Virus record (IMG/VR): IMGVR_UViG_3300027741_000071
Coordinates: 1-59,260 of that record
Length of the DNA: 59,260 nt
Source of the DNA: a virus
Taxonomy: Duplodnaviria; Caudoviricetes
Reading direction: 5' to 3' (one strand)
Positions within the stretch are counted from its first letter, which is position 1; each line of letters opens with the position of its first letter. Below the pieces are notes generated by a model that searched no databases, was not told the DNA's origin, and was given only the letters and a program-made list of their open reading frames with translations. Shown piece after piece: positions 47,358 through 55,740 of the stretch. Both the position numbers and the translations under genes were made by a program.

Positions 47358-48487
47358 TTGAAGTCATCCTCCACGGTTTCTTTTACCTTAACCAACTTGG
47401 GTTCACCATCTGGCTTCACAATTAATTCACCCAACCAAGTAACAACCTGCCCCTTGGGTGCCAGCTTCTCTAGCGTGGCCAATGACTTCAGCTTGGGTGC
47501 CTCCCACAACGCGCCAACGTCGATGCCCTTTTCTTTGAGCACGGTTGCAGCCAGTGCGTGGTCTGTGATCTTGCGGTGTGTTGACGTTGTGCCCAGCTTG
47601 TAACCTGGTGGTACGATCTGGTGATACACCGCGCGCGACACAGCAAACTCTTCTACGTCATTGACCCAGGTCTTTAATCCCTTGGCTTTGTCGAGGACTT
47701 CTGAGAACTCTTCGTTTGTGAGGAGCGCCGCTTCTTTGAATTCGAGTCTTGCGAGTTCTGTGTTGAAGTCACTGCGGGCGCGACACTGGGCTTTAGCACG
47801 GCAAAATTGGCACCATTCACCGGGGAGGAAATCGCCCGCACCGCTCCACGCTTTCTTGGCTTTTGGTTTGACGTAGTAGCTTGCCCAATCGATGAGCTTG
47901 TCAAGACTTGTACCATCTGTGCTAATGCTGTCGAGTCGTGGCTGGTGGATGGTATAGCTGACTTCCTTGATGTCTGGATATTCTTCTCTAAACTTCGACC
48001 ATGCGCCCAACGCATATAGTCGTAGCTGGGGATTGTCTGTAGCTGAGACTGCAATACCTTTGCCGAACTTGAGGTCGATAACGCGGATCGAATTCTTTGA
48101 AAGAATAACCACGTCTGCTGTCCCGAAACCGTCAGGAACCCAATCACTAAAGTCGACGCGTTGCTCAAATAACGGGGTGTCGCCTTCACCAATTTGACTG
48201 CGGACATACAGAACGTAATTATCGACGTTAGCCTCGAAATCGTCATTGAAGTAGGGTGTTGATTTAATGGTCTCATATTCTGTCTCATACTCATCGCGTT
48301 TTATTTGTCCGAATTGAAGGCGCAGTTTAATTTCAGCAAGAGAGTGCGCCGTTGTGCCCTCCTGTGAAAAATCGAACCCACCGACTTTGCGGTTTTGTTC
48401 GGGGAGGGTTGCCTCCAAGCGTGCGCTCGGTGTGCAAGATAGCCAACGTTTTGATCCGGAGGCCGACAATAATGCGTGAGCAGTCAT
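47354..48487 (-). CDS. Cas4-like PD-(D/E)XK exonuclease (DUF2800-like)
   Basis: HALLSAS...W..C, FGTAD, IDLKFGKG, QLRLYALG, WCQFC...C. Confidence 0.88.
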   Translation of the reverse strand: MTAHALLSASGSKRWLSCTPSARLEATLPEQNRKVGGFDFSQEGTTAHSLAEIKLRLQFGQIKRDEYETEYETIKSTPYFNDDFEANVDNYVLYVRSQIGEGDTPLFEQRVDFSDWVPDGFGTADVVILSKNSIRVIDLKFGKGIAVSATDNPQLRLYALGAWSKFREEYPDIKEVSYTIHQPRLDSISTDGTSLDKLIDWASYYVKPKAKKAWSGAGDFLPGEWCQFCRAKAQCRARSDFNTELARLEFKEAALLTNEEFSEVLDKAKGLKTWVNDVEEFAVSRAVYHQIVPPGYKLGTTSTHRKITDHALAATVLKEKGIDVGALWEAPKLKSLATLEKLAPKGQVVTWLGELIVKPDGEPKLVKVKETVEDDFK

Positions 48488-48518
48488 TTTTACCTTTTTA
48501 GAAGTTTATCGGTAAATA

Positions 48519-48530
48519 TATTAATGCAAA
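48519..48530 (-). promoter_or_regulatory. Putative middle promoter TTTGCATTAATA (core only)
   Basis: Directly after a terminator, upstream of the nuclease gene. Confidence 0.7.
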
Positions 48531-48531
48531 C

Positions 48532-48555
48532 AAAAAGGGCCCCGAAGGACCCTTT
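48532..48555 (-). terminator. Rho-independent terminator after TerS-like gene
   Basis: AAAGGGTCC-TTCG-GGGCCCTTTTT on - strand. Confidence 0.8.
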
Positions 48556-48586
48556 ATTTAAGTTTATTTTATTATCTGAAGGGCGG

Positions 48587-48976
48587 TTAGCCTGCGCTCT
48601 TCAACTGCTTTATTAGGTCGCCTACCGCCCCAGCAAAGTCAATGGAAACCTCAGCTTTAAGATCGACCTTCTGGTCGCGTGTCTCGCGGTAGTCATCGGG
48701 ATATTGTCCCCGTAATGCAATCTCCGCCAGACGGCTATTAAAGGCCTTATTCTCGACGTTTGCAAGGATCTGGGTCTCCCAGTATGCCTGCCCGTGAACG
48801 GTGGCCATATCCATGGCTTCCGCGAACGCGGGGTCCTCTTTTTTGAGGCGCGCTGCTGTGCCCTTGCTGATTCCCAGCTGGGCGTACATTGTCTTTTGTG
48901 ATGCGCCTTGCTTACCTAATTCAATAACTAACTCCGCATGCGCAGGTGTAAATTTGAACAGTGCCTTTGTTGCCAT
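48587..48976 (-). CDS. Terminase small subunit-like HTH protein
   Basis: VIELGKQG.S......LGIS......L....P.FAEA......QAYWE...FNS pattern of TerS-like DNA-packaging proteins. Confidence 0.6.
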   Translation of the reverse strand: MATKALFKFTPAHAELVIELGKQGASQKTMYAQLGISKGTAARLKKEDPAFAEAMDMATVHGQAYWETQILANVENKAFNSRLAEIALRGQYPDDYRETRDQKVDLKAEVSIDFAGAVGDLIKQLKSAG

Positions 48977-49131
48977 TATTTTTTCTTCTTTGCGGTCTTT
49001 GCAGACTCTTTAAATGCCTGTGATGTAGGAGCGCCCTTGGTGCCTGGTGCGCGCATCTTCTCGCCAGAACCCTTGGCGATACGTTCCTGTTTTGCATGGA
49101 TGTTGGCATACAAGCCGGGTTTAGTTGCCAT
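48976..49131 (-). CDS. Small basic protein (51 aa, not in ORF track)
   Basis: MATKPGLYANIHAKQERIAKGSGEKMRAPGTKGAPTSQAFKESAKTAKKKK; TAATG coupling to the next gene. Confidence 0.8.
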   Translation of the reverse strand: MATKPGLYANIHAKQERIAKGSGEKMRAPGTKGAPTSQAFKESAKTAKKKK

Positions 49132-49204
49132 GATAGTGTTTCTCATTATTTACAAATTAACATAAAAATGTACATAATACTTAACATTATGTACGTACAT
49201 GTTT

Positions 49205-49300
49205 ATAAGTACCAACGTTTTAGAAAGTTGGCTATCGTTGTCTCGCCTTAGCGCTCCGCATGAACTTAATCACTTGGTTTGGCAACTGCATAACCAACCC
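49205..49300 (-). ncRNA. Candidate structured RNA directly downstream of late promoter
   Basis: GTTGGTTAT/ATAGCCAAC closing stem, internal hairpins CGC-TAAG-GCG and GTGA-TTAAGT-TCAT, loop TAAGT complementary to downstream ACTTA. Confidence 0.4.
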
Positions 49301-49308
49301 TCTATCTA

Positions 49309-49339
49309 TATTAATGCAAACTATTTTGTAGCGTCGCCC
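49309..49339 (-). promoter_or_regulatory. Putative late promoter GGGCG-N16-TGCATTAATA on - strand
   Basis: The only - strand site with the GGGCG element; upstream of the TerS-like cassette. Confidence 0.75.
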
Positions 49340-49518
49340 TTGGCGGCAGGCTGGCTTTTCATTGCCTCTACATGCCGCAGGGTGGCCTTGATCTCAGGCA
49401 TAACCTGGTTAAGGTACGTGCGAGTCAACGCCTCTGCCATGGCAGCGCGCTTAGGGTTTAGCGGGTTGCCTTTGTCCATACCCGCGTTGACCATCATGTT
49501 CTTAAGCAGCTGGCTCAT
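49321..49518 (-). CDS. Hypothetical protein
   Basis: ATG 49518; part of an overlapping gene chain. Confidence 0.6.
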   Translation of the reverse strand: MSQLLKNMMVNAGMDKGNPLNPKRAAMAEALTRTYLNQVMPEIKATLRHVEAMKSQPAAKGDATK

Positions 49519-49714
49519 CTTTATTTTCCAGTTCTTCATTTAACTTTTGCACCTGCGGACCGACTTGCATATGTATGTCATTGATGTAATTTGCCCAAGC
49601 CATAACCGGCGTATTTGTTGGCCTGTTCATTGCGTTAATTAATTCATTAATTTGGCGCAACGTATACTGCAAAGTAACAATTGCATCATCCATAACTTTC
49701 GCTTCTTCACTCAT
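49502..49714 (-). CDS. Hypothetical protein
   Basis: AGGAG RBS; coiled-coil-like. Confidence 0.65.
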   Translation of the reverse strand: MSEEAKVMDDAIVTLQYTLRQINELINAMNRPTNTPVMAWANYINDIHMQVGPQVQKLNEELENKDEPAA

Positions 49715-49964
49715 TTTCTACACTCCTTTGGTTAATAAATTGCTTGGTCTCTATCATTCTTTCAAACCCATCCCACAACCTGCGGGCTTGGATATCTAAC
49801 ACTTCTTTTATGCCGTTGAGTTTGTTAAACAACTCGTCCTCATCAAACGGCACTGGACCATCAATATGCTGGCGCATAAACTCTTCAATCAAGTCTGAGA
49901 CGTTTGATATTTTCAAGATATCTTGCTCCAGATCAAACCGGTCATACTGGTGAAAATACTTCAT
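49707..49964 (-). CDS. Hypothetical protein
   Basis: DRFDLEQ.I motif; ATGA overlap. Confidence 0.7.
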   Translation of the reverse strand: MKYFHQYDRFDLEQDILKISNVSDLIEEFMRQHIDGPVPFDEDELFNKLNGIKEVLDIQARRLWDGFERMIETKQFINQRSVENE

Positions 49965-50191
49965 TTAATCTTCTCCCGTTTCTTAACAGCCGCCTCAAAG
50001 TCACTGAAGTACCACTCACCCAGGATTTCAATGGCGTACGCCACACGTTTCCAAAGCATTACGTCCTCTTCAGCGCGATCAATTTGTTTTAGCTCCACCT
50101 TCTCCAGGTCGCGCATTAATCCAACGTAAGTGTCTACCAAACTTTGACAAACAATCTCGTCTAAAAAGTCATCATCTACTTCTAAATGCAT
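49961..50191 (-). CDS. Hypothetical protein
   Basis: GGAGG RBS; overlapping gene chain. Confidence 0.65.
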   Translation of the reverse strand: MHLEVDDDFLDEIVCQSLVDTYVGLMRDLEKVELKQIDRAEEDVMLWKRVAYAIEILGEWYFSDFEAAVKKREKIK

Positions 50192-50393
50192 CGCTATTCC
50201 TCCGGTCTATTTCTCGTGATATGTACCATCTAGCCTTCTTAAGGTCTTCAACGGCGTCGTTTTTTAGGTCTGCGCGCCAAATGTATTTGATCGCATTACC
50301 AAGGTTAAAACCCATGTGCTCCGTTATCTGAATACACTCCACACCGCTTGGATGTTCTGTGTAATGCTTCGGTTGATTAACTGGATCGTTCAT
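50172..50393 (-). CDS. DUF3310/SaV-like protein
   Basis: DPVNQPKHY...GVECI...GNAIKYIWR...K..EDLKKARWY. Confidence 0.85.
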   Translation of the reverse strand: MNDPVNQPKHYTEHPSGVECIQITEHMGFNLGNAIKYIWRADLKNDAVEDLKKARWYISREIDRRNSDAFRSR

Positions 50394-50551
50394 GCTACCC
50401 CCCATCTCATCACTTCATGAACAACCATCTCAGCCTCTTCTTCATTATCACAAAAGAAAATGCATTTAATGTCTTGGTAGAGTTCAGTGTTTAGCTCGTC
50501 GCCGTACTCAACCGTGACCCCATCATCACCATGCGCAACAACAAAAATCAT
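50390..50551 (-). CDS. Small acidic protein (53 aa, not in ORF track)
   Basis: MIFVVAHGDDG...; ATGA overlaps at both ends. Confidence 0.65.
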   Translation of the reverse strand: MIFVVAHGDDGVTVEYGDELNTELYQDIKCIFFCDNEEEAEMVVHEVMRWGVA

Positions 50552-50859
50552 ACGCGTAATTCCTTCTTAATAAACTCCACGCCCTTGGCAAAATGCCAGC
50601 GCCAATACTTCTCTGATACATCTATGTCTTTGTGCGTCTTGCCCTCCAAGAACGCCTCCAACACAATACGCTGCTTCTCTGGCATGCGGTTCTCAATCAG
50701 CCTATGGATGTCGTTTAGATCCTCTGGATCCCACGGCACCCAACCATCGGCAATGATTTCTGGGTGTGCATCCGGCTCGTCCTGCTCAATGGGATCAATC
50801 TCTTCGTCCGACAACTTGGTGCGGGCCGCGTTGACTTTGTATTTTGTTGTTGTTTTCAT
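50548..50859 (-). CDS. Stand-alone sigma-70 region 4-like HTH protein
   Basis: LIENRMPEKQRIVLEAFLEGKTHKDI.VSE......KG...IKKEL resembles the sigma4 L..LP..QR.V......G.S..EI pattern; acidic linker upstream; no region 2. Confidence 0.6.
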   Translation of the reverse strand: MKTTTKYKVNAARTKLSDEEIDPIEQDEPDAHPEIIADGWVPWDPEDLNDIHRLIENRMPEKQRIVLEAFLEGKTHKDIDVSEKYWRWHFAKGVEFIKKELRV

Positions 50860-50867
50860 CGTGCTTA

Positions 50868-50879
50868 TATTAATGCAAA
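50868..50879 (-). promoter_or_regulatory. Putative middle promoter TTTGCATTAATA (core only)
   Basis: 8 nt upstream of the ATG of the sigma4-like gene. Confidence 0.7.
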
Positions 50880-52201
50880 TTTAATGCGTTTAGGAGGGCT
50901 TCTTGGAGATTTATTTTACCTTCTAGTACATTTACCGCCTGAATATCAATACTTTTTTCTACAGTTAGGTGATGGATGATCACCGGTTTGGTTTGTCCCT
51001 GGCGGTAGATTCGCGCGTTTGCCTGCACGTAATTCTCCGAACTCCATGGTAGGTCGTACCAAACAGTCTGCGCCAGGGCGCCAGCGTTGCACTGCAGGTT
51101 CAAACCAATGCCACCAGACTGCGGGTGCGCCAGCATGATCGGCACCTTACCGTCGCGCCATGCCTGCATGTTGTCATCGTTGAGCACCTCAGCGTACGGA
51201 AACGCTGCAAGTATTCTCTCCAAGGAATGTTTGAAGTGGTAGAAAATCAGCGTGGGTGTCGTGGATTCCTCCAGCAGCGACTCCAAAAACTCAATCTTAG
51301 CGTTGTTGGTTCGCACCCAGCTGCCGTCCTCTGTATAGATTGCGCCAGATGTAAACTGCAGCAATTTGCCAGACAACACGGCTGCGGTGGGCGCTGTGAT
51401 CTCAAACTCTTTTATACCCAGCACCAGATCCTTTTTAAGGGTCTCATACTGCGCCGTTTCATCCTTGCTAAGGGCTATCCTATGGTAGAGCCTTGTGCAC
51501 TCTGGAAGCTGCAAATAATCATTCGCGCGGAGGCTGAAGCATATGTCGGAAATTTTTTGCTGGATCGCTTCCACTGCCCCCGGTTTCGGTTTCCAACTGT
51601 ACACCACTCGTGTGTGTCGGTTCATTTGATCCGGCTGCATGTATAGGTCCCTGAACTTCGTTAATGAGCTCTCTAACCTTTGCCCTAAGTCTAGGATTCC
51701 CACTTGCGCCCATAAATCCCCAACCCCCTGCGGAGATGGGGTTCCAGTCAGAATCAAGCGTCTTTTGAATGATTTCAAATGTTTCTTTAATGCTTTGAAC
51801 CTTTTGGTTGATGGATCTTTGAAACGGCTGCTCTCGTCCACTACCAAGTTGTCGAACGTAATCGGCTCGTCCAACAACCATACCAAGTTTTCTAAGTTCA
51901 CAACATAGATTGATGAGTTCTGTTTGAGCGCGAGTTGCCGCTGCGTCGGCGTCCCTAAAACTTTGCTCAATGAGAGCTTCGAGAGGTGCTGCCAATTTGT
52001 TATCTCCTTGTCCCATACGTTCTCCGCTACTCGTTTAGGCGCCACTATAAGCGTAGTGCCCGTAAATTGCTCCGCTATTATCGTCAACGCTGTCACTGTC
52101 TTGCCCAGGCCCGGCTCCATGAACAGCCCCAGTGATGGCTGCCCCTTCGCCTTCTCGATCATGTCCAGCTGGTACTGGTGTAGTTGATGTCTTTCTAGCA
52201 C
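50870..52201 (-). CDS. SNF2-family DNA helicase
   Basis: PGLGKT, VVDESS, LTGTP, GIGLNLQ, QANARIYRQGQ. Confidence 0.92.
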   Translation of the reverse strand: MLERHQLHQYQLDMIEKAKGQPSLGLFMEPGLGKTVTALTIIAEQFTGTTLIVAPKRVAENVWDKEITNWQHLSKLSLSKVLGTPTQRQLALKQNSSIYVVNLENLVWLLDEPITFDNLVVDESSRFKDPSTKRFKALKKHLKSFKRRLILTGTPSPQGVGDLWAQVGILDLGQRLESSLTKFRDLYMQPDQMNRHTRVVYSWKPKPGAVEAIQQKISDICFSLRANDYLQLPECTRLYHRIALSKDETAQYETLKKDLVLGIKEFEITAPTAAVLSGKLLQFTSGAIYTEDGSWVRTNNAKIEFLESLLEESTTPTLIFYHFKHSLERILAAFPYAEVLNDDNMQAWRDGKVPIMLAHPQSGGIGLNLQCNAGALAQTVWYDLPWSSENYVQANARIYRQGQTKPVIIHHLTVEKSIDIQAVNVLEGKINLQEALLNALNLH

Positions 52202-52541
52202 GTGTTTGTTCCCATATCCAATCCGCTATTGCGTAATGTTGCACCATTGTCCCCGCGCCTTTAATGCGGTTGGCTTTGCGCGATATGAACGCGACGTTGC
52301 CTTCCACATAACCTTTCTTAGGGACAATCCTATCTAACTCTGGTCCATTTTCTAACGACACACCGTGGCCTAACTTTGACTGCCCCCAAACAAACGGCGT
52401 GCGAAAGATAGGACACTCATCTCCAGCAATAGACAACAAATATTCAGTGGTCAAAGAAAACGGCACGTTATTTTTCTGCGCCCGATCCTTTGCCTTTGCA
52501 CATGCAACCTGTATCTGCCTTACCTTTGGATCAACAGCCAC
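52035..52541 (-). CDS. HNH-like endonuclease
   Basis: AK.RA...VPF.L, CP..., PELDRIVP.KGYV.GNV..IS..AN..K; C-terminus overlaps the helicase gene. Confidence 0.72.
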   Translation of the reverse strand: MAVDPKVRQIQVACAKAKDRAQKNNVPFSLTTEYLLSIAGDECPIFRTPFVWGQSKLGHGVSLENGPELDRIVPKKGYVEGNVAFISRKANRIKGAGTMVQHYAIADWIWEQTRARKTSTTPVPAGHDREGEGAAITGAVHGAGPGQDSDSVDDNSGAIYGHYAYSGA

Positions 52542-52797
52542 TTATAAAGCTCTCAACGTCAGACTTGCTTCGGATTACGCTTGTGGTAAATCCCTGGCTT
52601 TCGAGATCCCTGAACACCACCTGCTGCCTTGGAGATAGTATCCCCTTTGCTGTCTTTAGCTCCACGAAGTGGACCTTCTTGTTTAGCAACACTATCCTGT
52701 CCGGCACTCCCGTCACCGTTGATATCCACTTGTAACTCAAGCCCCCCGCTTGCTTCACCCTTTGGTTTAGATACTGCTCGATTTGCTTTTCTAGCAT
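52531..52797 (-). CDS. VRR-NUC domain nuclease
   Basis: LEKQIE..L...GG..YK....GVPDRIV...FVELK...G.LS..Q. Confidence 0.85.
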   Translation of the reverse strand: MLEKQIEQYLNQRVKQAGGLSYKWISTVTGVPDRIVLLNKKVHFVELKTAKGILSPRQQVVFRDLESQGFTTSVIRSKSDVESFISGC

Positions 52798-53188
52798 TCT
52801 TTTCTTTCTCAATAATCACACCCTGCGTCAACTGCGCAACAATGTGCTCAGTCAAGTAGGCACGTGTCTCCTCACCAATGTCTTCAATGTCTTCGCCAAT
52901 GTGCTCAAAAATACGGCACACTGCGTGGGTGGCTTCGTGCGCGATTACCCCTGCAAGAAATGCAGGACCATCATCGCAGGCATCAAGGTCAAAAACAACA
53001 ACAACAATGCCGTCACGACCATCCGCGATATAGTGTGTCTCCCCCACACCGATATCCAACGCATCAGCTTTAATATTGATATCATGGTCTTTTAAAATTT
53101 TTTGAAATTCTTTATTGCTAAAACATAAAAGGATGCGGACCTTAAAAAAGCCCGCATCGATTGAGAAGTAGTTATACTTTTTTGGCAT
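52559..53188 (-). CDS. Hypothetical protein with HExxH (zincin-like) motif
   Basis: IAHEATH...IGE.....EETRAY; C-terminus runs through the VRR-NUC gene in another frame. Confidence 0.65.
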   Translation of the reverse strand: MPKKYNYFSIDAGFFKVRILLCFSNKEFQKILKDHDINIKADALDIGVGETHYIADGRDGIVVVVFDLDACDDGPAFLAGVIAHEATHAVCRIFEHIGEDIEDIGEETRAYLTEHIVAQLTQGVIIEKEKNARKANRAVSKPKGEASGGLELQVDINGDGSAGQDSVAKQEGPLRGAKDSKGDTISKAAGGVQGSRKPGIYHKRNPKQV

Positions 53189-53387
53189 CTTTTTTGAGCT
53201 TGTTGATTTGTTCATTCATGCGCTTCATCTCTTTTTCCATGTCAAGGATTAGTTCTGATAACTCCTTGATCATGTCTTGGCACTCACCAAAGCCAATGAT
53301 AAACATCTGCTCGTTGGTGTGCACCTGCATGTTAACCTTGTGCCTGCTGTTCCATGCTTGGTACGCGATGCGTGCTTGTTCTGACAT
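53172..53387 (-). CDS. Hypothetical coiled-coil protein
   Basis: TAATG coupling to the primase gene. Confidence 0.6.
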   Translation of the reverse strand: MSEQARIAYQAWNSRHKVNMQVHTNEQMFIIGFGECQDMIKELSELILDMEKEMKRMNEQINKLKKDAKKV

Positions 53388-55711
53388 TAGAAAATCTCCT
53401 GTTCAAAGTTACTGATTGACTCGATATATTTTTTAGCCTTGGCATTCAACTTAACACCGCGGTAGATGTGGATGCGCTCACCGTTCTCACGGATCACGTC
53501 CACCGTGATTCTGTGCTCCTGCGTCGACGCTAAGAACCGGCGCTTGAACGCCAGGTCTGTGCCCACCGGAATGTTTTTCTTGATAGCCCAGTGCTTGTAA
53601 CAACGGAATACATCATCCTTTGTAACGTACGTCGTTGCATCAAACTCCAACGCCTCGTCAGCAAACGATCCAAGCACGTTACCAATCTCTTGCATAAGCT
53701 CGAGATAAACCTCGCCACTCTTTGGCTGCAGGAAGTAACCACCGCGCTCAATGCGTCGTGTCAACCCTTCGATCGCCCAGTTAAAAATGCCACCCAGCTC
53801 GCTCTCGAGTTTGTGCGACAAGTCGGTGTCCTCTTTGCCGTAGAAGCTGTTAGACATCTTGAGCACAACCATACGGCCGGTCAACGCGTTAGAGTTTTCT
53901 GTCAACTGCAACGCCTCGTTAGAGTAGATCACGATGCGTGTTGGCAGGTATCCGTTCCACGCCTCTTTGTTCTTGCGGTTAACAGTAATCGTATCACCAC
54001 CAACAATCCGCAAAAGTTGGCCAACAACAGCAGAACGATTACGATCTGGGGCTCGAGCATCAGTAAAAGAAGCCAGTAGCTTGCCAAGCCAAGGCTGTAG
54101 ACCAAATGAGTCACCAAGTTCTCCCAATTCTGGCGCTACCGTGTTGTGTTGTCCAAGCAACGACACCAGCACCTTGTTAATAGTTCCCTTGCCTGAACGG
54201 CGGGGTCCAATGATGTTGAAGAACTTCTGCTGGCGCGTGTCACCGCTCAGGATATACCCAAACATCTCCTGCAGCGAGTCAATCGACTCCTGGTCATCCG
54301 GCCAAACCTGGTTCAAAAATGTTAACCATACTGAACATTTTGCGTCCGGGTTGTACTCGAACGGCAGTGAGTTTTGTGTGAAAAAACCCAGCGAATGTGG
54401 CAGGATCAAATAATCCTTGAGGTGAAACAATCCGTTCTTCACGCTGATCAACTGCGACGCCTCTGGCTTGTTAGGCGCGTACGCCTCCAACCAGATCGGT
54501 GGCTTGGTGTTAGGCTGATTCTCCAAGTGCACCACACCCTTGATCGCATCCAAAGCGGCCGACACGCTGGCCGGTGTGGGTGTGAACGGAATTATCGCGC
54601 CCTTTTTACCCGGCTTCTTGCAGTTATCCAAGAACATGTATAACTTGGAGCGGATCGTCGCCTCCTCAATGATCTGATAATGCGTCCCTACGTACACGTA
54701 AAACTCATCCGCATAGTGTACCAACCGGTACCCTTCCTCGCACGAATACACGTTGTCTAAGAACGTTTTAGCGTGGTTAATAGGGTTGCCTACGTCGAGC
54801 ACAATCTCACCGCGCGCCATGGCCTCCTTGCGCGCCTCCTGGTTGATCTTAAATATCAGCGAGCGCAGTGTGGCACCCTGGCCACGGAACGTGCGCCACT
54901 TGCCCTCACAGCTCATCGGACCGTTGGCCACGTACGCACCAACCTGTCCGTCCCCATAGCTCCACCGCTCCCACACGTCCAGTGCCTCCAGGTCACCGCT
55001 GAACTGGTGGTGTAACGCAAACCCAACCTGCAGCCAGTCCCCATACCCACAGTTCGGGTCTAGGCGCGTCAATATATCTGTCTCAACCTTGTGCAGGTCA
55101 TAGCCTTCCAACGGTGGCACGTAGTCCGCAAACGCGTCCCCTGTGCGGTGTATTGTGCGCTCAGGCACAAAGCTCGAGATATCCTGCTCATCCTCTGGAA
55201 TCTCGCCAACAATGTGGTTGCCGGTCACCGTGAAGTAACGCCCGCGGTTATACACCTCCAAACCCAGCGCGTGGTCAACGTGTGCCGACTGTAGGTTCGC
55301 GCGTGTGAAAATCTTTACGCCAGTCCCAGACGGGGACACCTCTGCGTAACCCTGAATTTGGTTGGCAATCGTCTCGAGCGCAGTGTTGGTGTACTTAGAG
55401 TGAAACGGGTCGTAGCAGTCGTCCAGGTCCACGCCGGCCAGGTTGTCCGAGTCGTCAAACACAAACCCAATGCCGTCAAAGCGCTGGGGTTGCTGTTCAT
55501 AGGCCTGCTGGACCGCCAGAAAGTCCGTCCACGTTGACGGATCGTTTGACTTAGCCGACTGCCCGTTGGGTTGTGAAGGCAGTTTGCTCCAACGTTTGTT
55601 GTCCGCTTCACCAACCTCCACAAATTTCCACATCACCCACCGCGGGATCCGCTTCAACTCCATCGGTATGTTTTCAAACAGCACCGGTAGTGCTTTTGGT
55701 TTATTCATCAT
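53387..55711 (-). CDS. Primase-polymerase (AEP) + PriCT-2 + D5-like SF3 helicase
   Basis: GIGFV, GVDLDDC, EVSPSGTG, RYFTVTG, YGDWL.VG.ALH, GPRRSGKGT. Confidence 0.9.
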   Translation of the reverse strand: MMNKPKALPVLFENIPMELKRIPRWVMWKFVEVGEADNKRWSKLPSQPNGQSAKSNDPSTWTDFLAVQQAYEQQPQRFDGIGFVFDDSDNLAGVDLDDCYDPFHSKYTNTALETIANQIQGYAEVSPSGTGVKIFTRANLQSAHVDHALGLEVYNRGRYFTVTGNHIVGEIPEDEQDISSFVPERTIHRTGDAFADYVPPLEGYDLHKVETDILTRLDPNCGYGDWLQVGFALHHQFSGDLEALDVWERWSYGDGQVGAYVANGPMSCEGKWRTFRGQGATLRSLIFKINQEARKEAMARGEIVLDVGNPINHAKTFLDNVYSCEEGYRLVHYADEFYVYVGTHYQIIEEATIRSKLYMFLDNCKKPGKKGAIIPFTPTPASVSAALDAIKGVVHLENQPNTKPPIWLEAYAPNKPEASQLISVKNGLFHLKDYLILPHSLGFFTQNSLPFEYNPDAKCSVWLTFLNQVWPDDQESIDSLQEMFGYILSGDTRQQKFFNIIGPRRSGKGTINKVLVSLLGQHNTVAPELGELGDSFGLQPWLGKLLASFTDARAPDRNRSAVVGQLLRIVGGDTITVNRKNKEAWNGYLPTRIVIYSNEALQLTENSNALTGRMVVLKMSNSFYGKEDTDLSHKLESELGGIFNWAIEGLTRRIERGGYFLQPKSGEVYLELMQEIGNVLGSFADEALEFDATTYVTKDDVFRCYKHWAIKKNIPVGTDLAFKRRFLASTQEHRITVDVIRENGERIHIYRGVKLNAKAKKYIESISNFEQEIF

Positions 55712-55718
55712 AGTCCTA

Positions 55719-55730
55719 TATTAATGCAAA
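55719..55730 (-). promoter_or_regulatory. Putative middle promoter TTTGCATTAATA (core only)
   Basis: 7 nt upstream of the primase ATG. Confidence 0.7.
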
Positions 55731-55740
55731 GGTCGGGGCT

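Noticed and set aside
47354-48487. Cas4 as part of a CRISPR-Cas system
   Set aside because: It is a solo phage nuclease in a replication module, with no other cas genes or array.
49205-49300. tRNA gene
   Set aside because: No T-loop GTTCRA or canonical cloverleaf was seen; kept only as a generic structured RNA candidate.
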